From Podarcis gaigeae (Eukaryota), in NCBI GenBank assembly GCA_964106915.2, contig OZ066919.1: DNA of 64,000 nt; one strand, 5' to 3'. Position numbers and translations under genes: made by a program. The notes beneath the pieces were generated by a model that saw nothing but the letters and a program-made list of their open reading frames with translations, searched no databases and was not told the origin of the DNA. Below are positions 11,589-25,009 of the stretch, in pieces (within the stretch, counting starts at the first letter, position 1; each line of letters starts with the position of its first letter).

Positions 11589-12138
11589 CAGGAGTATAAA
11601 GAAGGTGGGAATTAGGCAGAATGAAAACTAGTCAAATGCTTGCAGCACTGGCAAACAATTGTTTGATGACTTCTGGTTTCAGCATTCCCCCCCCCCCCTC
11701 AAGGAACTGTGGTTAAGCTTTGGCTTAGCATGATGTTTAAAACAAGCCGTAAAGGATGTTCAGATAATGGTAGAAAGATCTCGGCACTCCTCTTCTCCCC
11801 CTTTGTCAAACATAAATAATACATGGGTAGATGTCAAGAAAATCTCTTGTCACATGGAAGTCGCTGGATTTAGCTATATGATATGAATGGGACAATGTCC
11901 ACTTAATGTAGCTGTTAAAAAAGATTGTCTCTAAAGGCACATGTCAAAATAAATTCATTCAAGATGCCACAGGATGCTGTCTCTTGTTTTGTAGAGGCAG
12001 ATTAAGGTGGGTGGTTTTATGAAAAATCTGGGAAGAGTGACAATTACCTAGTTTTTGCATAGGTCTGATTCTTTTCTTAGGTAATGCCGTGTCTGGTATA
12101 TATCTGCAGAAAAAGAAGTTAATAGGGAAATGCTACAG

Positions 12139-12274
12139 CAGGCTTACTCAACCTCGGCCCTCCAGATGTTTTGAGACTACAATTCCCATCATCCCTGACC
12201 ACTGGTCCTGCTAGCTAGGGATTATGGGAGTTGTAGGCCAGTAACATCTGGAGAGCCGAGGTTGAGGAAGCCTG
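12139..12274. mobile_element. hAT-type MITE (136 bp)
   Basis: TIRs caggcttactcaacctcggc / gccgaggttgaggaagcctg. Perfect 8-bp TSD tgctacag. Confidence 0.95.
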
Positions 12275-14608
12275 TGCTACAGCAAACAAAATGTGTGCAC
12301 AATACTTTAGCCACAGTGCCTTGCTGATTCAGTATTCCATTACTCTGACCATTGTGTTAGTGTCTAAAATACTCTCAGAATTAACTTTAATTGCTTGTGA
12401 TTTGGTTTTTGCATAATATGGTTTTGTTAAGCATTCCATTGCAGCATTGTAAGCTGCCTAAAGTTCCATGCACTATATAGCAAAACAGTCAGTGGCTTTA
12501 GTTGCATAAGAAAGTAAAATTATCTTTTGGTACCTTCACTTCCTCAACTTTGAAAGGACCTTCTTCTGTTCTTCAGGGTTCCAAGCGGTAAAAGCTTTTC
12601 ACCATAAATTTATTCTACTTAGATTTCACTCAGACTTGCAGGAGCTGGATTCTAAGTAAAAAAATATTGAATTTCTTCCTTTTAGTGTTAGCCTCCAAAT
12701 AATCTGTAATAACAGCAAATTGGGTGAAGCAGCAAGTGCCATGCAAAGTGTAGTAGGTAGCACAGAGTAATTTCTATTTGGCTGAAATACATAAGTCAAT
12801 ACTGTAGGAAGTAAAATATCCAGTTATTATAAATCTTTATTGAATTTTCACTGAATGGAAAAGTATAATTTCTCATCCAAACCTTATATATTGGCACGAC
12901 AAATTCTCAGAACAAAAGCCTATTTAAGGATGTTTGCGAGAAAGCAGGGGAGTGTCACTGTTAACTTGAATTAAAGCAGCCACTGAACTTTACACTTGCT
13001 CTCTTACTAAGGAAGAAGGTATCTGACATCTCTAGCAATCACTTCCTTGAGATAGCTCAATTTAAAATAATTTTTTCCATGAAACAAAATGAAAAGAACT
13101 CTCCTTTAGAGAAGAACAATTACTACTTTTTAGAAAACAATAAAATATTACATACAGCAATATGTTTCCGTTTAGCTAAATAAATACGTGTTGGTGTAGA
13201 TAACATTTGTTGGGTGAGGGGTCAGATAAACTCATTAGTTTTTGAGTGAGGAGAGGCCTGCAAGTTGGCATGGCGCTCTGGTATGCTAGGAAACAACTCG
13301 AACTTGCCCTGATGATAACTAACGTTGGTTCAGGTGAATTTGGACAGTTTGTGATGCATGCTGTTATATAAGTTCTAGGATACAGCTCTTCAACCACTGT
13401 GTCGCCTGCGTGGTAAGCAGTGTAGTAACTGGGAAACTGTAGCACATCTTTAAATCAATCTGCATCTAGAGTAGTTACTGGCAAAGGATAAAAGCCTGCT
13501 CAAATAACTACAGCCACAGAGTTTAATGCTAATGTTTTCGCAGGGCACATAGAAGTCATTACATATATTTCATCAGAAGACATAAATCATTAGGGTTTGA
13601 GAGCACAGCTGGAGATGGATTGTCAGAAACTCCAATTAAATGTCTGCTCTGAATGGGGGTAATGATGTAATGCATAATCCACAAGTTATGAGAATATTTG
13701 TGGCCAAGAAGCAAGACATAGCTAATTTTCAACAATTAGGAAATGACTTTCTGCTTAGGACTAAGATGCAGTGTCATAAATAACTGCAAAGGGTTTCTCC
13801 AGCTGCACAGGATTAATTCTACACTGTGCAAAGTCGATTGCAGGTATTAGGGACAGGTTAATGAGAATGCTCTGCTGAAAATTCTCCCCTTGATCTCGGC
13901 ATTAGGTTTAGCGTTTTTAATTAGTTCAGATCACAGTTTGATTTGCAGGTAGGTAAAAGATAATTTGTGTTGATCTGGAGGTTTGAACAATATTCTGCTG
14001 TTAAATGTTTAAAGGGCCAGTAATAGCTTGTGATCTCTAATCTAAAACTGAGGCCCAGTTTCATATCGAGGGATGAACTTGTGTCTGCTTGTATCAGGGT
14101 GTATGTGTGTGTGTGTCTCTTTATCTCTCTTTTGTGAATGAATCCATCTCAATGGAGACTAGACTGAGTCTTGGTTACTGATTATTAGAGGTTTGAGTTT
14201 TATTTTCTGAATGTCTGTCCTTGTGCAGAGATTTGACCTTGGAATATTTCAGGACAAATATATTACCAAAGGTTAGGTGTATTCATCTGAGTTATCTTTG
14301 AATGCAAACACTTGCAAATATATATATTTAATGTGAGCCTAATCAAGATGTTTGAAGACTTTGCCCATCTTTCCCCCCACTAATCAAGATGCAATGTATA
14401 ATTTAAAGCACACTGAAAGATAACAGACACTGAAATTTCTCTCTGTGTCTTTGATTTGAAAACAGTTTTCTACATTCAGATGCTTTTAGATATGAAGCCT
14501 TCTTTTGAAATTGTGCATATTATATTCCACTCATAGCAAGAAGACTACTTTACGAGCCAGTCAACATTATTGATTTATATTAACATCAAAGGAGTATATC
14601 AAACTAAA

Positions 14609-14638
14609 TTTTACCAGGTGACTTACCACCTGGTAAAA
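14609..14638. repeat. Perfect 12-bp inverted repeat, 6-nt loop
   Basis: ttttaccaggtg-acttac-cacctggtaaaa. Confidence 0.9.
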
Positions 14639-15125
14639 ATTTATAACTGCTTTGGCAACTTTTGTTTAAAAGTGGAAAATAAGTAAATAAATAAATATTG
14701 TGGTCATCCAGAGAGGGAAATATATTTGACATTGTTTTCTTAACTCACTTTATTGTTTTCACAAAGAAGTGCAGTAAAGAACATAGTGATTGTTCTTCGA
14801 GTTTGCCTAGATTATCTGGAAAAATTTCCTAGAATCGGAACTGTGACACGTGGATAGAAAAAAGATAATTTTGCAAACAGCTTGGGTCTAAGCTTAGTTA
14901 TAAGTGATTTATTATTATTTAGCAAAGGGGTCTTCCCTATGGACAAGCCATAGGGCAAAGCTGTTGCCTATTTGAGATGTTGTGAGATGGGATTTGGCAA
15001 TTGAGCTCAAACAGCTCCAGGAAGAAAAGAGTAAACATACTTTATTTTGGGTGGTCTGACTTCCAGAGAAGTATACCAGTCACTTATGGAATATTATTTC
15101 TACATCTGTTGGAATTGTTGTACTG

Positions 15126-15352
15126 GGTCAGATTCAACTAAGTTGTTGCACTAGTGGAAACCTGTTCATTGAGTCCTGTCAGTGCAGCAAGACTTCCTCC
15201 TCACCTCCCATACCATCCCCAGATTTGTTTGAGAGGGGCAGGAGAACCCCAGAAGACTGTGCAGGAGGAGGAGAGTAGAGATTATTCCATCTGGCAAGCA
15301 GAAATGCTTGTGTTTAGCAAACAATCGCCTTAGTGCAACTCTGAATTCCACC
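15126..15352. mobile_element. Old MITE remnant
   Basis: Degenerate terminal inverted similarity (ggtcagattcaactaag / cttagt...tgaattccacc). Confidence 0.4.
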
Positions 15353-15610
15353 TATTGTTTTTAGACCTTGTCTTATTTTTAAAAAAATATTTAATCTCAC
15401 CTATGACTAGATGTACACTGCTTTGATGACTTAAAGCTGTGAAGCGGTTTTTAATTTTGTAGAATAAATAATAAATAGTCATGATGGCTGTATGGAAACT
15501 CCAGATTCAGAGCTAGTATATCTCTGAATACTATTTTTTAGTGAAGGATATTCACTCTGTTTATGTGCTTCCTGGAACCATGTGGATTGCCACTCTTGGG
15601 AAATAGGATA

Positions 15611-15836
15611 CAGTGGTACGTCGGGTTACATACGCTTCAGGTTACAGACTCCGCTAACCCAGAAATAGTGCTTCAGGTTAAGAACTTTGCTTCAGGATGA
15701 GAACAGAAATCGTGCTCTGGTGGTGCAGCGGCAGCAGGAGGCCCCATTAGCTAAAGTGGTGCTTCAGGTTAAGAACAGTTTCAGGTTAAGAACGGACCTC
15801 CGGAACAAATTAAGTACTTAACCCAAGGTACCACTG
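15611..15836 (+). mobile_element. Tc1/mariner-pogo-type MITE (226-bp form)
   Basis: TA-cagtggtac...ggtaccactg-TA. Internal sequence shared with copies at 25010, 56892, 58183 and 63903. Confidence 0.95.
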
Positions 15837-15939
15837 TAGCTGTTTTAGATCATTGTGGATGAGAGGGACAACAACTTGAGAAAGGGCTGCTATATTCTCT
15901 GACTGTTGTATCTTAAAGATTTTGGGGGTGTTTTTAATC

Positions 15940-15965
15940 TAAGTACTTAACTAGAGGTACCACTG
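15940..15965 (+). mobile_element. Extra copy of the MITE right end
   Basis: taagtacttaactagaggtaccactg-TA repeats 15811-15836 with a few mismatches. Confidence 0.9.
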
Positions 15966-17767
15966 TACTAGAGTAGAAGCTCCTTTTGTCGGATCTCAAG
16001 TTCTTAAGATTCAATGAAATTAATTCGTGTTGTGCACAGATGAAGCAGGCTTACTGTGGCAGGAGGACTTCCCCCACAGAACAGTGTTACAGATGGGGTT
16101 AATGTACTGTGGTGACCTTTCCCCCCTGTGTCCCTTTGCTGTGTCTCATTTGAAACTCTTCATATATAAACTGTTCAGCAGTTATTAATTGATATAATAT
16201 GGAAATAAGAAATATATTACACAAAAAATGGCTTTCCAACCATTTATGATTACATTGCACATTCCAGTAAGAGAGTCCATTTTTCTACTAAATTAATTGT
16301 TAAGGTAGATTCAATTCTTTGATGGATTATGTCAGTTAATTAGCCCATTTCTGCAGTGTCTAAAGACTTTCAGCCATTTGTTAATCGGAGCAGGGATTTT
16401 CCCGTAACAAGCCCAAATAATCTTAGAGACCCATGAAAATATTTGTGAAGCGAACCAGAGTACAGACTTTTGAACTCTCCCCCACAACTCTCGCTCTGTG
16501 GAGAAAATGGGGGAGGAGGGTAACAGAAATGTAAAATACAACTTTGAAATATAATTTATAGATTCCATAGTTCTCTTGGAGCAGGATAATATTACAAGTT
16601 TACAAAAGGAGGAGTTGTGATCATCCTGAATGCATTTATGCTGTAATATATGACTTGCAGTCTTTCTTGGACCTCTGTTAGTAGTTAAAAGCATAAACAA
16701 AAAACAAAAAACAAAAAAAAACTGGTGGTTTCTGTTAGGATATTCTTCAAGCTTCACTTCTCCCTTCTATGTGAAATAATCAGAGTCTGTTGGCAGTGTA
16801 GATACATGTTAAGGCTTTTTTATGGTCTGGCAATTTTTGAGACCTGAAGTTGATTTGAGCTTGTATAGTTTTGGCCTTGCCCGCTGTGTAAACTTAATGA
16901 CAATTATGCGTGCCAATTTATGAATTCAGTCTACGGACCAATAAAAAACCCCCACCATTGTTATCCGATACATGGTACAAAATGGATGTGTTGAGTGCCA
17001 AATTGCTGAGTTCTCAGTATTAAATGTGTCAGGTCAGAGAAGTAAACATATTTTGTGTGAGAGGTCACTAAAAGACATGACCGACAAAGCCAACAGCTTG
17101 CAGAGTCTTTATTTTCTTCGATCTGGGACCAATTTTGCACATACAACCCAACGATTTATAGAGGAAACCAAAGACTGAAGAAACTATCAACAAATTAAAA
17201 CTTAAATTAGCATTATAACTAAATCACAAGTAACACTTGCAGTTTAACTCCTGCTTCTTTGGTGCTAATTCTCCAGCTACTTGTTTACATAATTTCTTAC
17301 AAATACATTCAGTGGCAGACAACCAATGAAGCAAAGTGCTAGGATTAATTGAATGGAAATGAAATTTGAACAAGTATTGCTTTCAATACTGTAGCTTAAT
17401 AATGTAGCTTTATACTAATTCTGCACTCACCCCAATCATATAAAGACTCAGTTTTTAAGTAATTGCAACTCACTTGATTCTTGTGTTGTTTGAAAGCTTA
17501 GAGCTTACTAATTCCCATAAAAATAAATCCAGCATAATAATAAACACTTCTTCCACAACCTTTCCCTAGCCTTTTAAGGTTCCATGGGCTGTTCCATATA
17601 TTTTATGCAGTTTCAACCCTTCACCTCTTTTTCCACTGGTAATTCAGTTTTTGAATATTCCTTCTCCTTGTATGTGTGTTCTGGTGGTATATACTGTTGA
17701 GCTTCATTGACACATGACCTTTCCAGAATCATCTTCTTCTCCTCCTCCTCCTTCTCCTTCTCCTGCT

Positions 17768-18058
17768 GTATACTGCCCTTCATATGAAGATCCCAGGGTT
17801 CACAACAGAAAAAATACAAAATGAGAATACAAAATATATACTAAAACAAAAACAAAACCAATAGCCCCACCCCACAAACACATTAATAAAACCCCATGGA
17901 AGCTTAAGCAACCAAACGCCTGGTTGAAGAGAAACATTTTTGCCTGGCACCTAAAGATATGTAATGAAGGCAGCAGGTAAGACTCCCTTGGGAGAGCATT
18001 CCATAGATGGGGAGCCATGGCAGAAAAGGTCTGTTCTCATGTTGCCACCCTCCAGGCT
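17768..18058 (-). mobile_element. L2-clade LINE 3' end
   Basis: Reverse complement matches 9340-9620. ORF 17800..18018 (APHLWNALP) is the L2 ORF2 C-terminal motif. Confidence 0.85.
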
Positions 18059-18395
18059 TCTGTGACACTTATGTTTGCTGTCCCAAGATTCTTGTTGGTT
18101 TCTTGATTGTTGCTGGGGCTTTTGCATTGATAAAAGATATCTGAGTTCTCCTCCTCAATAATACTTTCTTGCTAGTAGGAGTGGGTGTGTATGTATTCTT
18201 GTTTGTATTTTCAAATTAAGCCAAAATGTAATGAGTGGAAGCCCTTGAAGGATCTCAATAAACTTTCAGGAGTGGCTAATCTTATGAGAAAAAGAAGTGC
18301 AAAACATTTTACAGTGGCATGGGAGAAACATGAAACTAACATTACCTGTAATTTTCCACCCCTAGACTAAAAAACATTGTGAAAATGTACAGGAA

Positions 18396-18417
18396 TAAAG
18401 TAGGTGCACCTACTTTA
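18396..18417. repeat. Perfect 22-bp palindrome
   Basis: taaagtaggtgcacctacttta equals its own reverse complement. Confidence 0.92.
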
Positions 18418-19344
18418 AAGCAAGCATATTTAATTGACCTCTTAAATTGATTCCAACATTACATTTAATGTAAGCTGTTGCTTAAGAAGGTGCAGAATCA
18501 CTTTACAGGTCTGGGAAAGGTGTGATTCTCTCTTTGATAGTCTACAGTAGAAAAGAGATATGGGGCAGTTTTTTATGCCCGTACTCCACCCCACCCCACC
18601 CCACTCACGGCAAGCATTCTGCTGTTTGTCAGGTAGCTAGCTCTGACACTTCTCATTAAGGAATTGGTAACATGCATAAATATTTGCTGCATACACGGAG
18701 ATGCAATTTTGATAAAAAGAATGTAAATTCAAAAAGTAACTCTTTTTCTTGATGTACATTTTAAAAATCCATTTTGAAGTTCTAAAGAGTTATTACACTT
18801 TGCTGAAGGGCAGTAGGGTGGGTTAGGACATGTTCCATTTGATGTGCAGTATGAGAGATTTGTTTTCTAGTTTCCGAGCTGCATAGCTAGATGAACCAAA
18901 GCGCCTTAATCTTATTAAAAAGAATTGTGACTGCTTTAAACCACTGGCGTCTGAAATGTGTAATTTCCATGCATCCATAGCTTATGTGCCATTCAGAGTC
19001 TAAAACAAGACAGTCCACTATCCCCTTGTAATTTAGTGCCTCTGGCAACAGCTGTTGGGAAAATGGATCACAAAAAGGCATGACTATGGGGAATGGATTA
19101 TAGAAAGCATTTTATTGTGGTGGCAATCTGTAATTTCTTCAAATACTACCATGAATCTAAAGGATGGAAGGCGTTCTCTGTGCTTAACCATAAAATTAGC
19201 TGCTGAGTGGAATGTCTATTGATTTTGAAAAATTCTATTTATTCATTTATTTTTAAAATTTATAGCTCACCTTTTCAGTATAACAATTCACACGGCAGAG
19301 AACAAAAGTGAAACCAAGATACAATTTAAAGCATAATAAATCAA

Positions 19345-20580
19345 TCTCCTTTATTGGCATACAAAGGATACAAAAGTATATAAGTCAAAACATAAAATTG
19401 GTGTATGTTCATAAAAGGAGATTATTTAAGATAAAACAAATACAGATATATTAAGGTTAAAAAAGTGCCTCTTAAGTCTTATAGTGATAGAAGTTTCATG
19501 GCATCTCTCAGAAATGTTGCTACATTCTCCATAATTTCATGCCTACAGCTGTTCAGTAGAAAGGAAACCCTGGAGAAGTCAGGACAATTTAACCTTTCTT
19601 TCAGCATGGAGTTTAAATATTTATCATGGGTTTTTGCATAAAATGGGTAGTAAAATAAAACATGTGCAATGGTTTTAACCTGTTTTATACCACAAGGATA
19701 GCTCCTTTCTGAATATGGATTTTTGAGAATTTTCCTTGCAGAATTAAATCATGCCAAGAAGAAAGCTCTGCGTTGGTGGGGATCATAGATGATGTAAATA
19801 TATGGTGTCCTGGCCAAATGAAGATAGAATCCCTAACCCTAATGGAGAGTAAGAGTTATTAGCTGCACTACTGAGTTTTTGGAATTCAGTCTCTAGAAAT
19901 CTGTGCTTGATTGTTTGAAATGCTTCTAACGGTGGGAGTATAAGCAGTGAATCAAATGATAGGCCAATAGTTTTAACTTTATTCTCGATACAAGCTAACC
20001 ATTTAGAGTGATGGGATTCCAAACTTCATATGAAAAATTAAAGAAGAGGGGTCACACTTGAAATGGAGGCATAGCCAGATTTTTATTGCAATGAGCTACA
20101 CTCTAGTTTCCATAAGCCCTTCTCCATATTTCAAGCACATGGCTGCATATGGAACACAGTTTGGCATACCCAATATTTTACAAAGGAATTTTGAGTTGGG
20201 TGCATTCCATTGAGTGGTAAGCTGCACCAATCCATTATGGTATGCCGTACAGTAGCTTTAGACTTACTTTGGCATTAAAAAACCTTAGTGCAGCAGGAAC
20301 ATACTGGTTTCCTCTATTGCTAGGTGATAGCCAAAGCACTGGCATATGCTGCACTTAATGCTAACTTGCAATGTTTTTCCCCAAGAGACATTATATTGGA
20401 AATAAATGCCTAAGTATTTCCTTTTTTGAACTTGTTCCATTGTGTTACCGTTAACTTCCGACCTATGTGGCTTCCAGGACCTTGGAAAAATGAGTATTTG
20501 CATTTCACAAAATTCAATACCTAACTGCAGAGTTTCAGCAATTAATTCAGAAAAGCCTCAAGAAGCTATTGAAGCATATG
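19345..20580 (-). mobile_element. Non-LTR retrotransposon 3' fragment (RT thumb to C-terminal Cys/His region; RTE-X-like, clade tentative)
   Basis: Minus-strand peptides MEQVQKRKYLGIYFQYNVSW, SKFLCKILGMPNCVPYAAMCL, PYSERSYPCGIKQVKTIAHVLFY, with stops and frameshifts. Confidence 0.8.
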
Positions 20581-22139
20581 AAAATCTAATCTAAACTTAT
20601 AACATAAAGGGAGACTTAAAGATATTTTTGGTAAATAGACTGTAGGTTTCCCTTCCTTGGCTTCCTCTGTGGTGCCAAGGGCAAGGCATTTCTGAGGGGC
20701 ATTCTGGAAAAAAATCTGGCAGCCACCAACCAATCGGAACTATGAGTAAACCCCACTAAATTCTGCATCTCAGGGCCTACTAGTCCCAATAGCGATATAC
20801 TCTCTTAAAGATAAGAGGAAGTGTGTTTCTGAATACCCGTTGCTCAGGGACAACAGCAGGAGGGTACTGTTGCATTAATGTTGTCTCTGAGCTTTGCACC
20901 AGTGGCCACTGTGAACAACAAAGGTGGACCAGATGAGCCTTTGATCGTCTCCGCTCTCCAACAATTGGGCAAAAGCATACCTGTCAATCATATTTCCTTA
21001 TACAGAAGAAAAGTATTTAGATATTAATCCATTTCTGATCTGTCTGTTATTGTTCTTTGATTCCAGAATGTCTCCCCTTGGTACTGTGGGTAAACAATAG
21101 TCTCCCATACCAACTGGAAACTTGATTTAGGTTTTCAGGAAGAAAAATAAGTCCCTAGAGCTAAGCCAGTTTTTGTTTTATAATCTTTAGAGCTGCTGAG
21201 TGCCTGGTAATCATATGCGAACCCTACACAGTATTGAAAATGGCTGCTCTGCTATTATTAAAGTCCGCAATTATTTGGAAACAGGATTTTGAGCTGACAA
21301 GTTCCAGAAATATGCTGGGGTGGCTGTGAGGGGAGATCACCATTTGATTCATCGAATGCATCGTATAAAATTGAAGCAGATATCATTAATGTGGTAACCT
21401 TCTTGCCATGCATTTCTCCCCATGTATTTGTGTGCTACTTGATACACACAAATAGCAAGGAAAATAATGGTTTCATGTTACTTTTGCTTATAGTTAGCAG
21501 ATGATGTCACAAGCACCCGCCAAATTTTTTTGTTTGATTGAAAACTGCTTTGCAGTAAGAATTTTATGCAGCTTGGAATTGTATCCTTTCTCTACATGCC
21601 TGGAATTGCACTTCATTGTCTTATGTACCATTACCGTGGTAGTATAAATAAGTTTTTGCTTATGCCTTGTATTTAAATTGGAATGCTCAAGGCTCATTCT
21701 AAAAACAAAGTGTTGTGCCTAAATTTGCATTTGCTCTCATGGTTGTCTTTGTCGTTTTGTGTGCTGGAGTACAATAAATTTTAAATATTAAGAGAAGACG
21801 ATTCAGATTGCTTTCATTGCATAGTGCATAAGTTGCAGAATCAAATTTCTTTCACTGCATGTTCAGTTTCACTGTTAAAATACTTTGCTGTAGCCAGTTG
21901 CCTTAGCTGATTTACTTCATGTTAACCTTGAATACAGTTCAGATGTGTTTCTTTTCCATTATCTCCTGTTCCTTTTCCCCCATCCTACCTTTCGATTAGT
22001 TGCCAACATTTATTCGTTTTCTATTAAACTAGTAAAAGGGAGGATTATGGCACATGTTGAAGCAGGTTGAAATAGATGGAACCTACTTTAGTTATGCGAC
22101 CCCCGAACACCGCTTTTAATGAAAGGGCTTGTGCTGTGC

Positions 22140-22332
22140 CCTTTCATTTTTAATTATAATTATTGGTATGGTTTTAATAGCTTTTATATATGTATATATA
22201 TTTAATTTTATCAGTCTTTAATTTTTTAAAATTGTTGTTTTTCTGTGTTTTTAGTTTTTATTTTTACCTGTAAGCTGCCTTGAGTCCCTTCAGGGGGAAA
22301 ATGTGGGGTAAAAATAAAAATAATATTAATAA
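22140..22332 (+). mobile_element. L2-like 3' tail
   Basis: T-rich run, then tgtaagctgccttgagtccc...ggggtaaaaataaaaataa. Confidence 0.55.
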
Positions 22333-22660
22333 TTTGTTCCTGTTCATCTGCTAGTTCTGTAGCTGAGAACCTAATTTCTGTGCCAGGAGTTTGGTTTGAT
22401 GAGAGAGGATAAAAACTGCCTAGGTAATTGGTGATTGAGGCTATTGTAAACAAGTGCAACAAAACCTACTCTTGAGCTATTGAAAAAGGATTCAATACAG
22501 GTTATTAAAACTATAGTTACCCTAGTGGTCTTGGGGCATGAGGGTTTAATGGAGGAATAACTTATTGTCCCTTCTCTATTGTTTGACTTTCAAATTTTTT
22601 GGTCCCCCCCCCAAAAAAAAATCACTTCAATTTGAAAGAGTTCTAATTGACACTCTAAAT

Positions 22661-22796
22661 CAGACACCCCCAAACTTGGGTCTCCAGCTGTTTTGGGACT
22701 ATGATTCCCATCACCCCTGACCACTTGTCCTGTTAGCTAGGGATGATGGGAGTTGTTGTCCCAAAACATCTATAGGGCCGAGTTTGGGGGTGCCTG
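22661..22796. mobile_element. hAT-type MITE (136 bp)
   Basis: TIRs cagacacccccaaact / agtttgggggtgcctg. Perfect 8-bp TSD ctctaaat. Core shared with the 12139 copy. Confidence 0.95.
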
Positions 22797-25009
22797 CTCT
22801 AAATAGTGGTGGCTGTTTTGAAGAATCACAGCATTTGCTAGATGAAAAAGAACTTTTCCCCATCAGTTTGCTGGGTAAGCTGCACCCTAAAGCCTGAAGT
22901 CATATGCTTGCACGTGCGGAAAACAAACAGGTATGCACAGGCTCCTGTGATACATAGGTGAAACTTTTCAGGTTAACAAATAGAAAATAACAATGCAAGG
23001 TATTATATTTTTCAAGGGTTTAACAAGAGTTACTGACAGTTTAGGAACAAGAATGCCAAACCAATAAAAACTAGTGTCCTTTTGAGGTAGCTGTGAAAAA
23101 TATAAACAATGCCCCAGAGAGGCAGCTATTCCAGTATTAGAAAAGGAGAGCTGACATGCTTATCAGTAAGTATGCGGTTGTTGCATACAATTTGGAGGAC
23201 TGAGAAAATTAAATGCATTTTAAGTTTCATTTGATCCCATTTTTCCCCCTAAGAAACCCATGAATTTATGTTAAATTTATCTTGGCTTATGAAAAGAGAT
23301 GTAATGACTTCTGCTAACAAGATAAAAGAGAAGCCAGCACTTAATTTCCTAGGTGATACACAAAATAAAATGATTTGCATGCCTCCAAAAGATTATGCAC
23401 AACCTTGTTAAATGCAGTACAATACAAATGAAGAACAAATGAGCTACCCAGATAGGATGCATTTTTGTAACTCAGGGCTGCTGTCTGCAGAATTCCAATA
23501 GAGAGTGAATCAAGAGGCACTTGTTCTTTCCAGTGGCTCTCAGGTTTTTGATAATCATTGCTGGCAAGATGATGTATCCAAGCATGCATTGATAATCCCC
23601 CTCTGTGTTTTTTATAGTTATGGTACATTTTGGTGGACGATGATTATTTGCTAAACTCTAAGTCTTATTTTCCATTGACATACATATTTTTATTTCCTTT
23701 GATTGCCAGAGAACATACATACATATATATACTCAAGTCACTTTAACAAGAGATGTTCCCAATAATTGGAAAATTCCTATTTTTAAAGTGTTCTACATGC
23801 AAATAAGCTGTGGTGGTTCCAGAGGGTGATTTTGCAATTAGGCTAATCTTGTAATGAGTGATTAGGTGAGCGACAGCACTCTGCTTGAAAACGGTGTATA
23901 TTGACTGTTGGAGCCCTGTAATGAAGCGTGGAAAGCTCTATGCCCAGTGTACTCTGGTAGAATTGTCAGTCACTGGCACATCATGGCTGAAGCAGTTTAT
24001 TGAGTATGACTGCCAAATCTTACACAGGTGCCGGATTAATTTTGATGTATCGCACTTAGAGCAATGGCTTTGGACAGTTACTTTGCAGTGTGTTTGCTGG
24101 AAAACCATTAAAGGGAATTTTTTGAACAATTGGACTAAAATAGCTGTGCTACTGTAAATAATCTCCTGCAATGCTTTACAATCTCTGTAATGAGAAATTA
24201 ATGCTTGTGAATTGTAACATATTTCTACTATAAAACTAATTTCTGCTGTCTGTTCAGAAAGGCATTTCCTAGGCACAAGCTGCAAAAGGCTGCACATTGC
24301 TTTACTGGCATTCCTTGGTATCACAGTACCGGAGGGCCAGAAATTAAGTGGCTTATGTCATGAACAGAAACATTCTGGAATGACATGACATACACAAGGC
24401 ACAAGTAGGCGGGCCGCATTTCATAACATGTACTTTGCTTTGTGCAGTTTTCCTACTAGTGCCCCTACCTTATACTATGTCCCCATCTCATATCAAGGTA
24501 GATAGAATATCTGCTTAACACAAACAGGAAGAGGACTGCTGAAAGATCTATGTAGCCCCTTTTTAAATACAAAAGTATCACAACCACACTATTCGCTTTT
24601 CTGGGGAATAATCAGGTAGCAAAATGCCAAATGCTAGGTGGCTTTTGTGGGGGTGTTGCAGATTTGAGTAACGTATGAATACACAAATAGACAACTTGAG
24701 TTAGCAAACCACTAACATAGTGAAATGATTCCCTTTTATGAGGAAAGGGCTTTGTGAGATTGGGACATTGCAACAGATATGATTTAGAGCAACCTGGGGG
24801 GGGGGGGGAGAGGAATGCTACGTGTTGAAACTCAACCAAAGTCCTGGAGTTAAATTGTGAGGAGAGGATGAGGACAGTTACTGGTAGTTGCCTGGTAAAA
24901 TTAGGTTAATACTTAACCCAAGACAATCAGCAGGGGAACCTGCCTCACCAGGAGTCGATATAGTGCATGGGGTCAATATAGTGCGTGTGGAAGGGGGGAA
25001 AGTCAGATA

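Larger units (their letters stand above)
15490..16010 (+). mobile_element. Old CR1-tailed retroposon remnant, host of the composite MITE
   Basis: gccactcttgggaaataggaTA + ctagagtagaagctccttttgtcggatc joins into a CR1-like tail related to copies at ~20900 (+) and ~41930 (-). Confidence 0.6.
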
